The notes below the pieces were generated by a model. That model ran no database searches, was not told where the DNA came from, and saw nothing but the letters and a program-made list of their open reading frames with translations. Positions 21,967 to 35,382 of a stretch of DNA of 64,000 bases are shown piece by piece. Source of the DNA: Macrostomum lignano (lineage: Eukaryota); assembly GCA_002269645.1 (NCBI GenBank), contig NIVC01001500.1, forward strand, positions 213,935-277,934. The letters are read 5' to 3'. Both the position numbers and the translations under genes were made by a program. How positions within the stretch are numbered: position 1 is the first letter of the stretch; each line of letters opens with the position of its first letter.

Positions 21967-23732
21967 TTATAATGAGATAGTGATATTACTGATAAGATAA
22001 CGAACTTATTTGAGTCATGTCTTAATAATAGTAGGCCTACTGTCCCTGTACTGACAACTAATATTATTAGGCCCTAGTAATTAGAAAAATGAGCATATCT
22101 TAAAAAAATAATTCTCACACGTCTTCCTAAATACTTATGCTTTCGTTTATATTTGATACCAATCTGCTAATCAACCATTGCATAAAATTGATAAATAATA
22201 AATAATAAATCAACCAATTGAAGAAACAAGCACAGTAGTAAGATGTACATAAACTTTTCAGAAGCCTGAAAAGGCTTAATTAAAGAATTTCTACTGTAGT
22301 GACCTTCGCGAAAGTTCTATACCGTACGATGATGTTTATTTCTGGAAAATTCTGCGATAGAATACAAGTTAAATTCTAGAAACTTCTTTCATTAGCTATT
22401 TTTAATTTTATAGTAAATATTTCTATTCAATAGATATTTAATCACTGTAATTTATGCTCATACTAAATATGAATACCGTACGTACAATACTAACTATAGA
22501 ATTTGTTTTACTGCACTAGAACGATTCAGAAATTTCCGGAAGACTAAATTACAGTATACAGATACAGTATCCGAATCAGCATTTTTCTCCAAGCCTCTTC
22601 GATACTCAAGCAACTCAAGAGCTAACACAAAGAAGCAAAAACAAATGCAAACCACTGCCTAGCTCTGCCTTCTTCCTTTCTCAGTCGCTACACTAATGTT
22701 ACGTATTCTAGGAATGTAATGTATCAACTATTTACTTACTGTAATTGTTATGGTATTATTTGTTATGAATAGTGTTTTGTATGCAAATATAAGGTAAAAC
22801 CAGTTTAAACTGGTTAGGCGCATGTTGAGCAGTTGGTCTCTCAGGTGGCTGCCAGTAACCATTAGACGCAATTCATAATAGACACAGACATCACACTACC
22901 CGCCGTAGACATACATGTAGACTTATACGAGAATATTACATTATTTAAGTTTACTTAGAGCGTAGGTAATATCCGAACTACTATTACTATTATTAGCCCA
23001 TCCCAATACCAATATTATCCTAAATATAATAGTTACAGCCAGCGCGTGCCACCTAATCTATCTGGATCATTAATCAAGGACTTCTAGACTAACAGGACGT
23101 AAAACTCAAAGATCGTGCAATTTTTTGGAGGCCACGATTTCCTGGAAAAAATACACTGCGAAGATAGGAAAAAATCAGTTTTTCGTCACAAAATCTGTGA
23201 TTGTATTTGATCTGGGGCAGTCAAGACTACCATTCTTTTAATTTAACATGCACAATATGTTACTCTATTATATTTTCATATAGTTGTGTAGTGAAGTTTT
23301 CATTTTCATATTGTTTTCACTTTATTTCATAAGCCCAAAGTTGCAAACTCACAAGTGGCATTAGCCAAATATCAAATTCAAGAAAAGAAAAGCTATTCAA
23401 ATTTGTAATATAATAATATTTTTAGCCTTTAAAATAAAAATTATAAAAGGACTAATCAATGTTTTTTCTTATAGATATCTAGTAAAAATGGTTAGGGCCT
23501 ATTTTTGTGATTAAGTCTATTCTTCTTAAATCTTAGTCCTAAATATAGGCTTGGCTTAAAAACTGATAATACAGCTTTCTCAAGCCTAGGTAACCAACCA
23601 TATGAAACTATTTATTGGTAATCTATATATAATAAAAAAATCTACATATACTAATCTTTAAGTCATTGTCTAAATTTAATTACTTATTAGGCTAGATAGT
23701 GTAGTGATAGGTCTAGTTCTAGTTCCCAGTGA

Positions 23733-23880
23733 GCTCCGCGAAACCCACAAACCCAAGGACACGCGCTCGCGCGTGTCCTTGTGTTTGTGGGGTGAGCGGA
23801 GCGAACGCGCGAGGCACAAAGTGCCGAGCATGAGGAACAAACAGCCAGCCAATGCGCGAAGCGCATTGGGTGGTCTGGCT
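23733..23880. other. Cluster of GC-rich hairpins
   Basis: 22-bp stem (23744-23765 / 23770-23791, one mismatch) extended by GCTCCGC/GCGGAGC; second stem CCAATGCGC-GAA-GCGCATTGG (23849-23869). Confidence 0.85.
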
Positions 23881-26800
23881 TGTGACGAATATAATAATAT
23901 GAGACGTGTGCATCGAAAAAATGACAAGAAAAATCTCACAAAAACTGCTGTAACTTCAAAACTACAAGTGCGAATTTCACAAGTGAGGTGTCATTTTAAA
24001 GAGAAGAATCTGATCTATTTAACGAGTATAGTTTTGTATGGATTCACTGCGGAGAAAAGGAACAGGCTTCAGTTGAAATGTTTGTCTTAAGATTATGTCT
24101 TTACAAAAGTGCATTTCCTCATGCACATTAAAACTCGAGCTAAAAATGTTCGAGGGTTATAGGTGCGCCTTACTAAGATGCATAACATTATTGGGTTGTT
24201 TTTTTCAATTGTATCAAAAAGTTGGCACTTTGGTTGCAAAAAATGCAAAAATTGAAAATGTACTTTTACAGTTTTTTGCATTTTTTTCTATACTGCTAAT
24301 AGTTAAGCATACATACTATGCACCAATTGATGCGCAATTCAAAGATACACAAGTGTGGAAGTTTTCAATTCTTAAACATTTGAAATCAGAAAGTTATCGA
24401 CGAAAGACTAAAAATCATGATCTCAAACTGATTTGAGGAAAAGTGCTCATTATAATTTTTGGAATATGGAAGAAACAATTCAACGCCGTCATCTAATTCC
24501 AAACTAACTGTACTTTAAGGTACTGCGATGATTTTTTTATTGAAAGAGCGAAACCTGTTTAAATATTTGAAAAAATGGAAAAAAAGTACCTTTTTTTCAT
24601 AGAAATACACTCTTTTGACTGCTTAATCCGATTTCCAACAACAAAATAGTTGCTTTCCTGCTGGTGCAAACCGTTATTAGGGTGAATTTTCAAAATTGCA
24701 TACTGTGCCAAAAGTAAACTGAAGCTTAATATTTATAAACATTAGAAACGGGACCACTAATGGGTATTTTACTTTGGTTACTTACTATGGACTAAACTGG
24801 CACTGGCAGAGACAGATTTGAGAGAAACTAATTGCTCCATTGTATTTGGCTCCAGCGTTACAAATTACAATAGCTATTTCGGGGTCTAACCGGCTAAGTT
24901 ATCAAAAAAGCTAGATACCAATCACCAGTTTCATCATCAGCTATACCTACCACGATTTTATAGTCACATGCAACAGTAATACCCTCCTTTAAAAGTTTTC
25001 AATATCTAAAATGATGTGTTAAATTTTATAAAATTTCATAAACAGTGAAATTTTAGCTGTTTACGTGCTGGTGGTTTGAACGTAGCTACTTTGTGCGAAA
25101 ATACACTGTCATTAATACCGTACCTATTATTGTATTTATTGTATTGAAAGTTGATGTGTAAATTGTACTTTTCTATTTTTTTGTCATTCGTTATCGCACT
25201 CGGGCCGGCCTGCCTGCCTTGTGGGGTGTGGTGGCCTTGGCCACTTTCTCCCCCTTCTGCTAGGATCCAAAGCAAGCTTTCAAGTGTACATTTAATATTA
25301 TCGATCGATTATTTAAAACAAGCCTCTAGTGGCTGGTGTTGAGAGTGAGTGGCCTTGAGTGTACGCGAAAGCAAGAGGAAGCCCATGGGCGGACTATATG
25401 AACCTTCCTTTAGTGGAAAGTTGGGCCTTGTGCATTGGATAGTGTACGCTACACAAGACAGAAGGTAAAGAGAAAGAGAACGACAGGCTAGCCAATAGCG
25501 ATAGCATGTGCTTCTTTCTCTCCAGTCCACTATGGTAGGGGGGGGAGGGGGGTGTCAGACGGCCCAACTCTAACCCCCATACCCAAAACAGCGTACATGT
25601 AGAATAAGAAGGGATTGGGTCCAGATAAGTCTTCCCAAATGTACATGTATGTACAAAGACAAACACAGACAAGAAAAATGGCTCTAAAAACCATTGTTAT
25701 TGTTACACTGTGTGTCTATTTTTATTAACTTGACTTTGACTTGTCTTTACTCTAGCATGGTCAAGGATAATTACTGTTACTTCATACCTAATTTACAATT
25801 AATTGCATAAGATTAAGAAGGAATAATACAATCGAGGTCGAACCCATGATCACTTGACCCACCCACCCATGATCACTTCTGATTCTGACCTACATGTATC
25901 TACTATATCCTGCCAGTTTCTCCAGTTTTATGGGTCTTGGTGTCGGTGATTCGAGCAATTCCATTACATTTTATCGGTGCAGTGCGTCTATTAATGCTTA
26001 GCTACTTGTATATGTGTTGCAGAACTTATGCTCGTAGTTTCCCTTCTAGGTAGGGGGCGACCCAGTCCCGGGCCCGGGCCCGAAAAGTCGGGAATCCCGA
26101 CCAAAATCGTGGCCCGACCCGGGCCCGGGCCCGAACCTAAAAAAGTCGGGAAATCGGGACAAGTCTTTTTTCCCTAAAGGCACTAACCGCGTGCGAATAA
26201 GAAAAAATTATTTTTCAACACATTCACACTAATTTACCCTTAATTCCAGCCCCAGGAAAATGCAACTGCAACTGCAAGGCATGACTGCATGAGGCATCTC
26301 TGTCTCTGGTCGGTCACTGACCTCACCTCGACCTCACCTGACCTGACTGTGAGCGGTCTGTGATTCTATGAAGCTGTCGGTCACTCACTGTCACTGGTGA
26401 CTGGTGTCAGTCAAGCTCAAGCCTGTCTGCCCTGCCCCGGCTGTCCGTGAAGTTCGGTGATGCCTGGTGCTGCTCCCATCCCGATTCCCGATGTCCAGTC
26501 CAGGTCCAGGCTGCCAAGTCCGAGTGCCGATGCCGACTCCCGTTCCCGTTCCGTCTAGGGGGCGACCGGGACGGCCAAAGTCGGGCCCGGGTCGGGCCCG
26601 GGAATGAGGACTCGGGCCCGGGTCGGGCCTCGGGAATTCGGGACAAGATCTTTAAGACAGCTCAATAATTGGAAAAAATCATAATAAATCTTAATACTTT
26701 TAGCATATGCGGATTACTATTAAATATATAATAAATATATTAATATATTAAATCTATAATAAATATATGATAAACATTAAATATATTATAATATATAAAT

Positions 26801-28009
26801 ATATGAAATATATAATAATATATAAATATAATATATTATATTAAATATATAATAAATATTATTTTTATTTAATACATTAGTTAAGACTTCAGAATAGATA
26901 AGAGTTACATTAAAAGACTTAATACTCAAATATCAATATACTCAATAGTTCAAATTCAATGTCACTGTGTGGCACAAGTACTGTGTGTGTGCCAGTGACA
27001 GTGACACTAACACTTAACAGGCAGTGAGGTAGGCAAGCAGGCACTGAGGTAGTGCGGCTGGCACTGGCAGTGGCAGTAAGCAAAAAGAAGAAAAGCTGAA
27101 GCATTAAGTGTAAGGCACTTGGCATTGGAAGCAGTAAGGAAGTAAGAACCAAATCAATTGATTGATTCTTTTATTTGAATTTTTAGTTTCTTTACATAGC
27201 TTCAATGTAAAGAGCCATGTACACAGTCAGTATTCAGTAAGACAACAAGACAAGACAACAGAACAGAACACAAGTGAAGTGACAACACAACACAACACTC
27301 AACTGTCTCAACAGAACAGGCAAACAGACAATGGAAATACAAGTAATTAGCTGATACCTGCCTACCTGCTCACCTACCTACCTAAACGAATATGATTACG
27401 AATACGATACTGAGTCTACAACTACAACTACCTACATACATGCGCAACTTCTGAAATTACGCTGGCCGTGCGACTTAGTTTTCGATCAAAAATGCGACTT
27501 ACCTATGTTAGAAAGCTAAAAAATTGTGGGTAAACGGCAGGAGTAACTATGACCACATTTTAAAGGCTAAATGCCTCGCCAGCTAATTAGTGCTGATTTC
27601 GCGGTTTTTATAACAGCTAATCAGTATATCATCTAGTGGCGGCCTCAGGCAATTAGTAATGACAATGAGTAAAGACATGTAAAGACAAAAGTTATGATTC
27701 ATAAATGTCTAGAAGTAAGTGAAGTGAAGACAGTGTGACCTATAGCTCAAGAATAATTTCACTTGCTAGACGATTTGGCATGGAAGATGAGAGCCCTGAT
27801 TCAGATGGCTCATCAGATGCAGAATAAAAATCCAGTGGAGATACAAGCTGTGAAAACCCACAGATTTTTAAACTGCTGAATTCCAATTCCTAGAACTATT
27901 TTGCATAGATTCTTAAATTTGAAGTCATGCACAAACAAAAACTTGTTAACAGTTAGGAAAAAGGCAAACAAGGATGGGAGTAAATGCATGTTAAATTAAG
28001 ATTTGAGGC

Positions 28010-28660
28010 CTTTGCAAATTCTCTCCTTTCCTCAATCTTCTCATCCTCTTTTTCTTTTCTCTCTCATCCCTCATCCCTTCTCTTTTTCCTCTCCTCTCTT
28101 ATCTCTTCTGTCTCCTCTCTACATTATTATCTCTCCTCTCGTCTCTCTCCACTTCACTCTACTCTCATCTTATCCCTCCTCTTGTCTCTCTCCTCTTATC
28201 TCCTCCTTATCCTCTCTTCTCTCGTCTACTCTCTTATCTCCTTTCTTCTCTCCTCTTTCCTCTCTTTTCTGATCTCATCCATCATCATATCTTTCCTCTT
28301 TCCTCTCATCTCTCTTATCTCTCTCCTCACTCAGCTTTTCTCTCATCTTCTATCTTTTCTCCCATCGCATCGCTCGCCTCCCATCGCATCGCTCGCCTCC
28401 CATCGCATCGCTCGCCTCTCCTCTGTTTGCTTATCTCCAATCTTCTATTCCCTCTACTTTGAAGTAAGAAAATATGCACACATTTTTGCTGAAGATAAGA
28501 GGAGAGAACAGGGAATTAAGGAGAAAGGGTAGAGAGAAAAGGGGAGAAAGGAGAGGGGAGAAGAGAGGAGAGTAAAAATGAGAGGAGAGAGAAAAGGGAA
28601 AAGGGGGGAGAGAGCGAAGAGGGGAGGCAAGGTAGAGAAGAAGAGAGAGATGAGAGTTGA
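28010..28660. repeat. Polypyrimidine tract followed by polypurine tract
   Basis: CT-rich at 28010-28430 and GA-rich at 28495-28660. Confidence 0.85.
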
Positions 28661-28911
28661 AGAAATACCAACCTTGCTAGTTAGAAAGTTTCAAAGAACC
28701 CGAGGGGCGAGGGCCAGATAGAGGGGCTTCGCGAGCTGGAGTTTGCCAACCCCTGCTCCAGAGTTAAAGAAATCAATGGGAAACTGTTGACATAGGCTGC
28801 TGATTTCAAAGATCTTGTCTGTGGTTAAAGGCTTCTATTCTGTTTTTGCTCTCCTGCCACACTTGCACCTACTACCCCCTGATTGCCTCTGATTGTGACT
28901 TACTTCCCTCT

Positions 28912-29460
28912 TATTGCGACTTAGTTGCTCCTTTTGCGACTTACCTAATCCTTTTGCGACTTGACCTAATCCTTTTTGCGACTTACCTAATCCTTTTGCG
29001 ACTTACCTAATCCTTTTTGCGACTTACCTAATCTTTTTTGCGACTTACCTAATCCTTTTGCGACTTAGTTGCTCCTTTTGCGACTTACCTAATCCTTTTT
29101 GCGACTTAGTTGCTCCTTTTGCGACTTACCTAATCCTTTTTGCGACTTAGTTGCTCCTTTTGCGACTTACCTAATCCTCTTTGCAACTTAGTTGCTCCTT
29201 TTGCGACTTACCTAATCCTTTTGCGACGTACCTAATCCTCTTTGCAACTTAGTTGCTCCTTTTGCGACTTACTTAACCCTTTTGCGACTTATCTAATCTT
29301 TTTTTGCAACTTAGTTGCTCCTTTTGTGACTTACCTAATTATTTGTGTAACTTAATTTGCTTCTGCTGCAACTTGTTTTTCTTTTGCTTCACCATTTTAC
29401 TTCCCTGTATTGCTCTTTCCTCTTGCCTTTTTTCGTTTTTGGTCAACTCAATTTTGCGAC
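28912..29460. repeat. 20-21-bp minisatellite (TTTTGCGACTTACCTAATCC / TTTTGCGACTTAGTTGCTCC)
   Basis: About 20 clear units that degenerate towards the MITE end. Confidence 0.93.
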
Positions 29461-32400
29461 TTACCCTGGTCCACCACAATTTACGGTGGCCGGATCGGCC
29501 AGCTCGGCCAGCAGTTGCGCATGTATGACTACCTACGAATACAATACAAATATGAACACGATTACAAACTCTGATAGATAGCAAACTTCTTGGAAAAATG
29601 GTAGCCTTGGCCCTTAATAGGTACTTCTTGGAACGTAAATAGGAAATGTTATTTACAAAAGCTTAAAAATGACAAATCAACTTTTTAAAAAATCATATTT
29701 TTGCTTTTAGGCTGCAGCCTGCAGCGTGTAAAGTGGAATCAATATTGCATCAACTATGTTTTAATTTTATCTTCCTGGAAAAAATCCGATCTTCCTGGAA
29801 AGTGGAAACTGGCTGTGGCTGACGCTCACGGTCACAGACGCTCACGCTTAGAGCCTACTACGAATCAATGATATTGCTACTTCACATCATATCATCTATT
29901 ACTATTACTGCAGTCGTGCAGTGCTTGAGTCTTGAGTGCTGATGCAATGCTTAACTGAGTGTTGTGCTGTGCTGTGAATAAAAATAATTTTATTCTTATT
30001 TGCACGCGGTTAGACTGTGCCTTTAGGGAAAAAAGACTTGTCCCGATTTCCCGACTTTTTTAGGGTCGGGCCCGGGCCCGGGTCGGGCCACGATTTTGGT
30101 CGGGATTCCCGACTTTTCGGGCCCGGGCCCGGGACTGGGTCGCCCCCTAGTTCCGTCACCGTCCTGAGTCTTGGACAGCTGGACTCCTGTCCTGAGTCCT
30201 GACTCCCACTCGAGCTTGAGTCAAGTAACCCACTCACTTAACTAAACAGTCAGATTCGAATTTTCGAGTGTACATGTACGACAATAAAATTACATACTGT
30301 TCAAAATTGATGATACATATCATACAATATACATACAATATAGATATATGTATATATATATATATGTAATACTGATAGACTGATAGTGATATCATATCTG
30401 ATACCGATTTATTGAAATTGACATCGTAAAAGATTACTGACTTCTGAGTTTTGACTTTTTCCTTTTTTATCACTTTCGTTTCGTCTGGACTCCTGGAGTG
30501 GAGAAGAGAAGTTGAGTGGAGGCCGAGGCCCGAGGGTGGACTGGACTGGACTTTGAACTTTCTGGGCTCGTGGAGTGGAGTCGTGTCGTGTCTGAGGCGT
30601 GAGTCGTGACTTGTGACTGATTCGTGATTCGCGAGTTTTGTTTTGACCGTGACGGTGACTCGTGATTGTGTAGTGACTCGTGAGTCGTGATCGTGACTCC
30701 GTAAGTGACGGACTACAGACGGAGTGCTAAAAATCACTGCTAGGCTAGTGCTATAAGTATCGAGTAATTATTACTGTCACTTTCGTTAGAATTATACAGT
30801 GTAGTGTAGTGTACTCTAATCAATAATCATTTCATCGTCATCCGTCATGTCAGGTCAGTGGTCAGGACTCAGGACTCAGGATCAGGACAGCACAACACTC
30901 AGTTAAGCATCGCATCAGTAATAGTAATAGATTTAGTATATTTAGATGATATGATGTGAAGTAGCAATATCATTGATTCGTAGTAGGCTCTTAGCGTGAG
31001 CGTCTGTGACCGTGAGCGTCAGCCACAGCCAGTTTCCACTTTCCAGGAAGATCGGATTTTTTTCCAGGAAGATAAAATTAAAACATAGTTTTGCAATACT
31101 TTTTTGCAATATTGATTCCACTTTACACGCTGCAGGCTGCAGCCTAAAAGCAAAAATATGATTCTTTAAAAAGTTTATTTGTCATTTTTAAGCTTTTGTA
31201 AATAACATTTCCTATTTACATTCCAAGAAGGCTACCATTTTTCCAAGAAGTTTGCTATCTATTAGAGTTTGTAATCGTGTTCATATTTGTATCGTAGGTA
31301 GTCGTAGTCGTAGACTTGTAGTATCGTATTCGTAATCATATTCGTTTAAGTAGGTAGGTGAGCAGGTAGGCAGGTATCAGCTAATTACTTGTATTTCCAT
31401 TGTCTGTTTGCCTGTTCTGTTGAGACAGTTGAGTGTTGTGTTGTGTTGTCACTTCACTTGTGTTCTGTTCTGTTATCTTGTCTTGTTGTCTTACTGAATA
31501 CTGACTGTGTACATGGCTCTTTACATTGAAGCTATGTAAAGGATCTAAAAATTCAAATAAAAGAATCAATCAATTGATTTGGTTCTTACTTCCTTACTGC
31601 TTCCTATGCCAAGTGCCTTATACTTAATGCTTCAGCTTTTCTTCTTTTGCTTACTGCCACTGCCAGTGCCAGCCGCACTGCCGCAGTGACTGCTTGCCTA
31701 CCTCACTGCTTGTTAGTATCACTGTCACTGGCACACACACAGTACTTGTGCCACACACTCACACAGTGACATTGAATTTGAACTATTGAGTATATTGATA
31801 TTTGAGTATTAAGTCTTTTAATGTAACTCTTATCTTATTCTGAAGTCTTAACTAATGTATTAAATAATAATAATATTTATTGTATATTTATTATATTTAA
31901 ATTTAAATATTTATTATATTTAATATAATATATTATATTTATTATATTTATATATTATTATATATTTAATATATTTATATATTATAATATATTTAATGTT
32001 TATCATATATTTATTATACATTTAATATATTATATTAAATTTAATATATTGATATATTTATTATATATTTAATAGTAATCCGCATATGCTAAAAGTATTA
32101 AGATTTATTATGATTTTTTTCCAATTATTGAGCTGTCCTAAAGATCTTGTCCCGAATTCCCGAGGCCCGACCCGGGCCCGAGTCCTCATTCCCGGGCCCG
32201 ACCCGGGCCCGACTTTGGCCGTCCCGGTCGCCCCCTACTTCTAGGGATGTTGACCCCGGGAGTGCTCCCCGGGAAGCTTGTCGGGGAATACTCTCCGGGG
32301 AATTTTACCGGGGACCCTGGGGAGAAAAAATATGAAAAAATGCATTTGTAACTTAATTTTTGCCATTAAAATAAGAAACTGATTCACAGAAAGCTGATTG

Positions 32401-34017
32401 AAACTCTGTCTATGCTCTTTTACCGCATAATTGCTTATTTCAATGCATTACATGTATTTGAAACACAACACACGTTTGATTGTTTTTTCACTAATAAGTC
32501 ATTCAATCAAGCAAATTGCACGTAGAAAAGAAACCCGTCAGGAAAAAGAAGCCTTACTGACTAGTGACTGCTGTGTTGGTCTGCGTTGACGGCTTGACGC
32601 AGGCGCAGCGCTGCGTCATGCGTCAGGCACTGACGCATAGGGGGGTGTCATACATATACTCCCTATTAGACAAGGACAAAATGGTGATTTACATATATAT
32701 GCAAGAAATAAAATTCCGATTATAAAAACAGTCTCATTCATTAATTATCCTCTCACGAGCGTAGCTGTTTAGCATGCATTCCAACAAATGCACTTTTCCG
32801 ATAAAGGTGCGCGCACGATTTCGTGATGCCACATTGTCAAATACAGTTTAAAAAAACATTGTTTAAAATTTTTACCCCTGCGCCTTGAACATGTAGTACA
32901 AAGCTTAAATCAAAGTTTAAAAAATTCCACTTACAATTTAAGTGATCCGCCGTTTTTACTTATTTTTTCTTTTCACCGGGGTCCCCGATAAGATAATTCC
33001 CTGGGGAATCGACATCCCTAATTCCCTTCCTATAAATCATTTGACGTTAGAGACATTTTACAACTCTCGCCCTACTTTATCTATTAGGCTAACTTTATGT
33101 ATGACACGACGCAAAATATTAGGAGCATCAGCGTTAATAATGCCTTGAAAGTCTTTAAATAATCGATACAACACTAGGTATTATAAAATTCCAACCCCAA
33201 AGCTCACTGGGGCGAAAAGACTTTGTCTTCATTAACTAGTAGGCCTAGGAATTAGTAAAGTTACTAAACCAACAATAATAGCTTAAGACTAAGAGTACCT
33301 ACATGCAATGTTTTTATACTTTATTTTAAAAAGAACAACACAAAAAGTTTGGCTAATGCCACTTGTGAGTTTGCAACTTTGGGCCCATGAAATAAAGTGA
33401 AAACAATATGAAAATGAAAACTTCACTACACAGCTATATGAAAATATAATAGAGTAACATATTGTGCATGTTAAATTAAAAGAATGGTAGTCTTGACTGC
33501 CCCAGATCAAATACAATCACAGATTTTGTGACGAAAAACTGATTTTTTCCTATCTTCGCAGTGTATTTTTTCCAGGAAATCGTGGCCTCCAAAAAATTGC
33601 ACGATCTTTGAGTTTTACGTCCTGTTAGTCTAGAAGTCCTTGTCATTAATATTGTAATATATACAGTCGACCTATATTAACCTTTACAAATATTAAACCT
33701 AATTGCTCTGCAGAGTTTTTGTTTCAATTTCTTTTACTCAACTTCAGTACAGATAATTTGAATGGCGGCGACCACAAAAATTATAATTATTACAATATCG
33801 AATTTTGAATATTATTATTTAACAGACTAGTTCTCTGAAATGTTGTTTTAAACAAAATTTTACATACAAAACTGACACTTACATGTTTTACAATATATCA
33901 TTATATAAAATAAATTTCAAAATATACATAGTTACATTTTACTTATTCTTAATACTATAATTTTTTGTACTTTGAGCTCTCAAAGGTTGCAGACAAAATG
34001 ACCACGCGCCATTGTTA

Positions 34018-34251
34018 ATTACATTACATTACATTACATTACAACGACGCTACGGTTGGGGGGCGCTAGCGCGCACACGATTGCGAAAAAGAGGGGCAGG
34101 GCAGATCGCAGCAGTCTGGGGGGTCAGTCCAATTGCCTCCAGGTCGGCAACGTGTCTCCCGGAGCGTCTGGGTCCGCCCTTGGCCGCGGCAGAACCGTTC
34201 GGTCGGCGCGTACAGAACGGCCAGTCCGAGCGGGTTGTCAAACCGCCGCAG
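34018..34251 (-). mobile_element. 3' end of an RTE-like LINE with (TAATG)n tail
   Basis: Continues the frame interrupted at 40729 (LLGHCL|RRFDNPL...GQGRTQTL) and ends in (GTAAT)x5. Confidence 0.82.
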
Positions 34252-35382
34252 CCCAATGAACCACCAGACGTCGAACTGACGTCATATTTAGGTCTAAATT
34301 GGTCGGTTTGGTCGGGCAGTTCTTTTGGTTAGTTTTATAAGTCTTATGGACGTTCAACCGACGTTAAAGAAAAAAGCAACTTTTTTGACTAGTGTAAGAA
34401 AAATAGAATTGCTTAAATCGAAAGATGGAAAAAATAAAAAGGAAATATATTATGTTTTTGCTTAGTCTGTTAAGACGAAAATCATAGCGAATATTTTTAT
34501 GAATAGTATTTCTTATAACGGACAAATTTCAAACGAAAATTTTACCACATTTCGCTCTTGCAATGTTTGCATGCTTTGAACTTTGAAGACTGTCCTGAAT
34601 TATTATACTGAAATATTTTCAGATACTATTTATTCTAAAGAAAATAACCTCTTAATATCATTATTTATCTACTACAATAACAATGAAGAGAATGAGCTAA
34701 CGTTATCAGTTTCAGTATATATATAATTATACTTATCTTAGGCCTATGACTTATGAGTTATTAGAACTTATGATATTAATAGCATACTTATAGAAAAAAA
34801 AATTGACAAAATTCTTTGTGGTTTTGCTAATAAGAGTTTATTTATTAAAATAAGATATATATATAGGTTAGCTTTATGGCCTTGGGCTTGGCTTTACACT
34901 TAAAAAGGTTGTTAGTAGGCCTATGCTAGAAATTTCCAGCTTATCAATTGACAGTTTAACTATTTGGGAACTTTTAACTTTTAGGGACTTTTAGGGACTA
35001 TAATAAAGGTCCCATGATTTGCCAAACAATAAATATGCAGAGAGTAGAGAAGACTAATAGTATTTGCAACTAAGTTTTGCAATCTAAATTACAGAAAGCA
35101 TTAAAATATTAATTACTTAAAAAAACTATGATGCTTAAAAATATATGCTTTTGCTTTTGCAGGTTAAAATTGAAAAATTGGTTGGCCTACATTTTATTTA
35201 GCTTAGGCCTATACTAAAACACTAGGCCAATATAATTTTTTTTCAATTTCAACTAAGCATTTTCTGTCTTAAAACTATTTGAATATCTTTCAAAATCTCA
35301 TTGGAGACATTATATAAACCATTAGACTTCTAGTAATAATTTTGTTTTTAATTTTTTGTTTCAGATGTTTTAATTAGGCCTA

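Larger units (their letters stand above)
27435..29527. mobile_element. P-like MITE (CATACATGCGCAACT termini), expanded copy
   Basis: 15-bp TIR, perfect 8-bp TSD ACTACCTA. Same family as 42279-42577. Confidence 0.88.
26556..30149. mobile_element. Same hAT family, inner copy in opposite orientation
   Basis: TAGGGGGCGACC termini; perfect 8-bp TSD GTTCCGTC (26548-26555, 30150-30157); arms are reverse complements of the outer copy. Confidence 0.92.
26051..32237. mobile_element. Non-autonomous hAT element (TAGGGGGCGACC termini), outer copy
   Basis: TIRs with CCCGGG/GTCGGG subterminal repeats; perfect 8-bp TSD CTTCTAGG (26043-26050, 32238-32245). Confidence 0.92.
26047..33020. mobile_element. hAT MITE with TAGGGATGT termini, interrupted 4 nt inside its left end
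   Basis: TAGG(26047) plus GATGTTGACCCCGG (32246 onward) matches GAATCGACATCCCTA (to 33020). Flanks TTTCCCTTC / ATTCCCTTC. Confidence 0.65.
23075..33642. mobile_element. Long-TIR (about 290 bp) element with CAAGG termini, P/Galileo-like, containing nested elements
   Basis: 23075-23370 is the reverse complement of about 33347-33642; perfect 8-bp TSD TCATTAAT. No transposase seen. Confidence 0.88.

Noticed and set aside
27984-28532. 182-aa Leu/Ser-rich membrane protein
   Set aside because: Translation of a polypyrimidine low-complexity tract.
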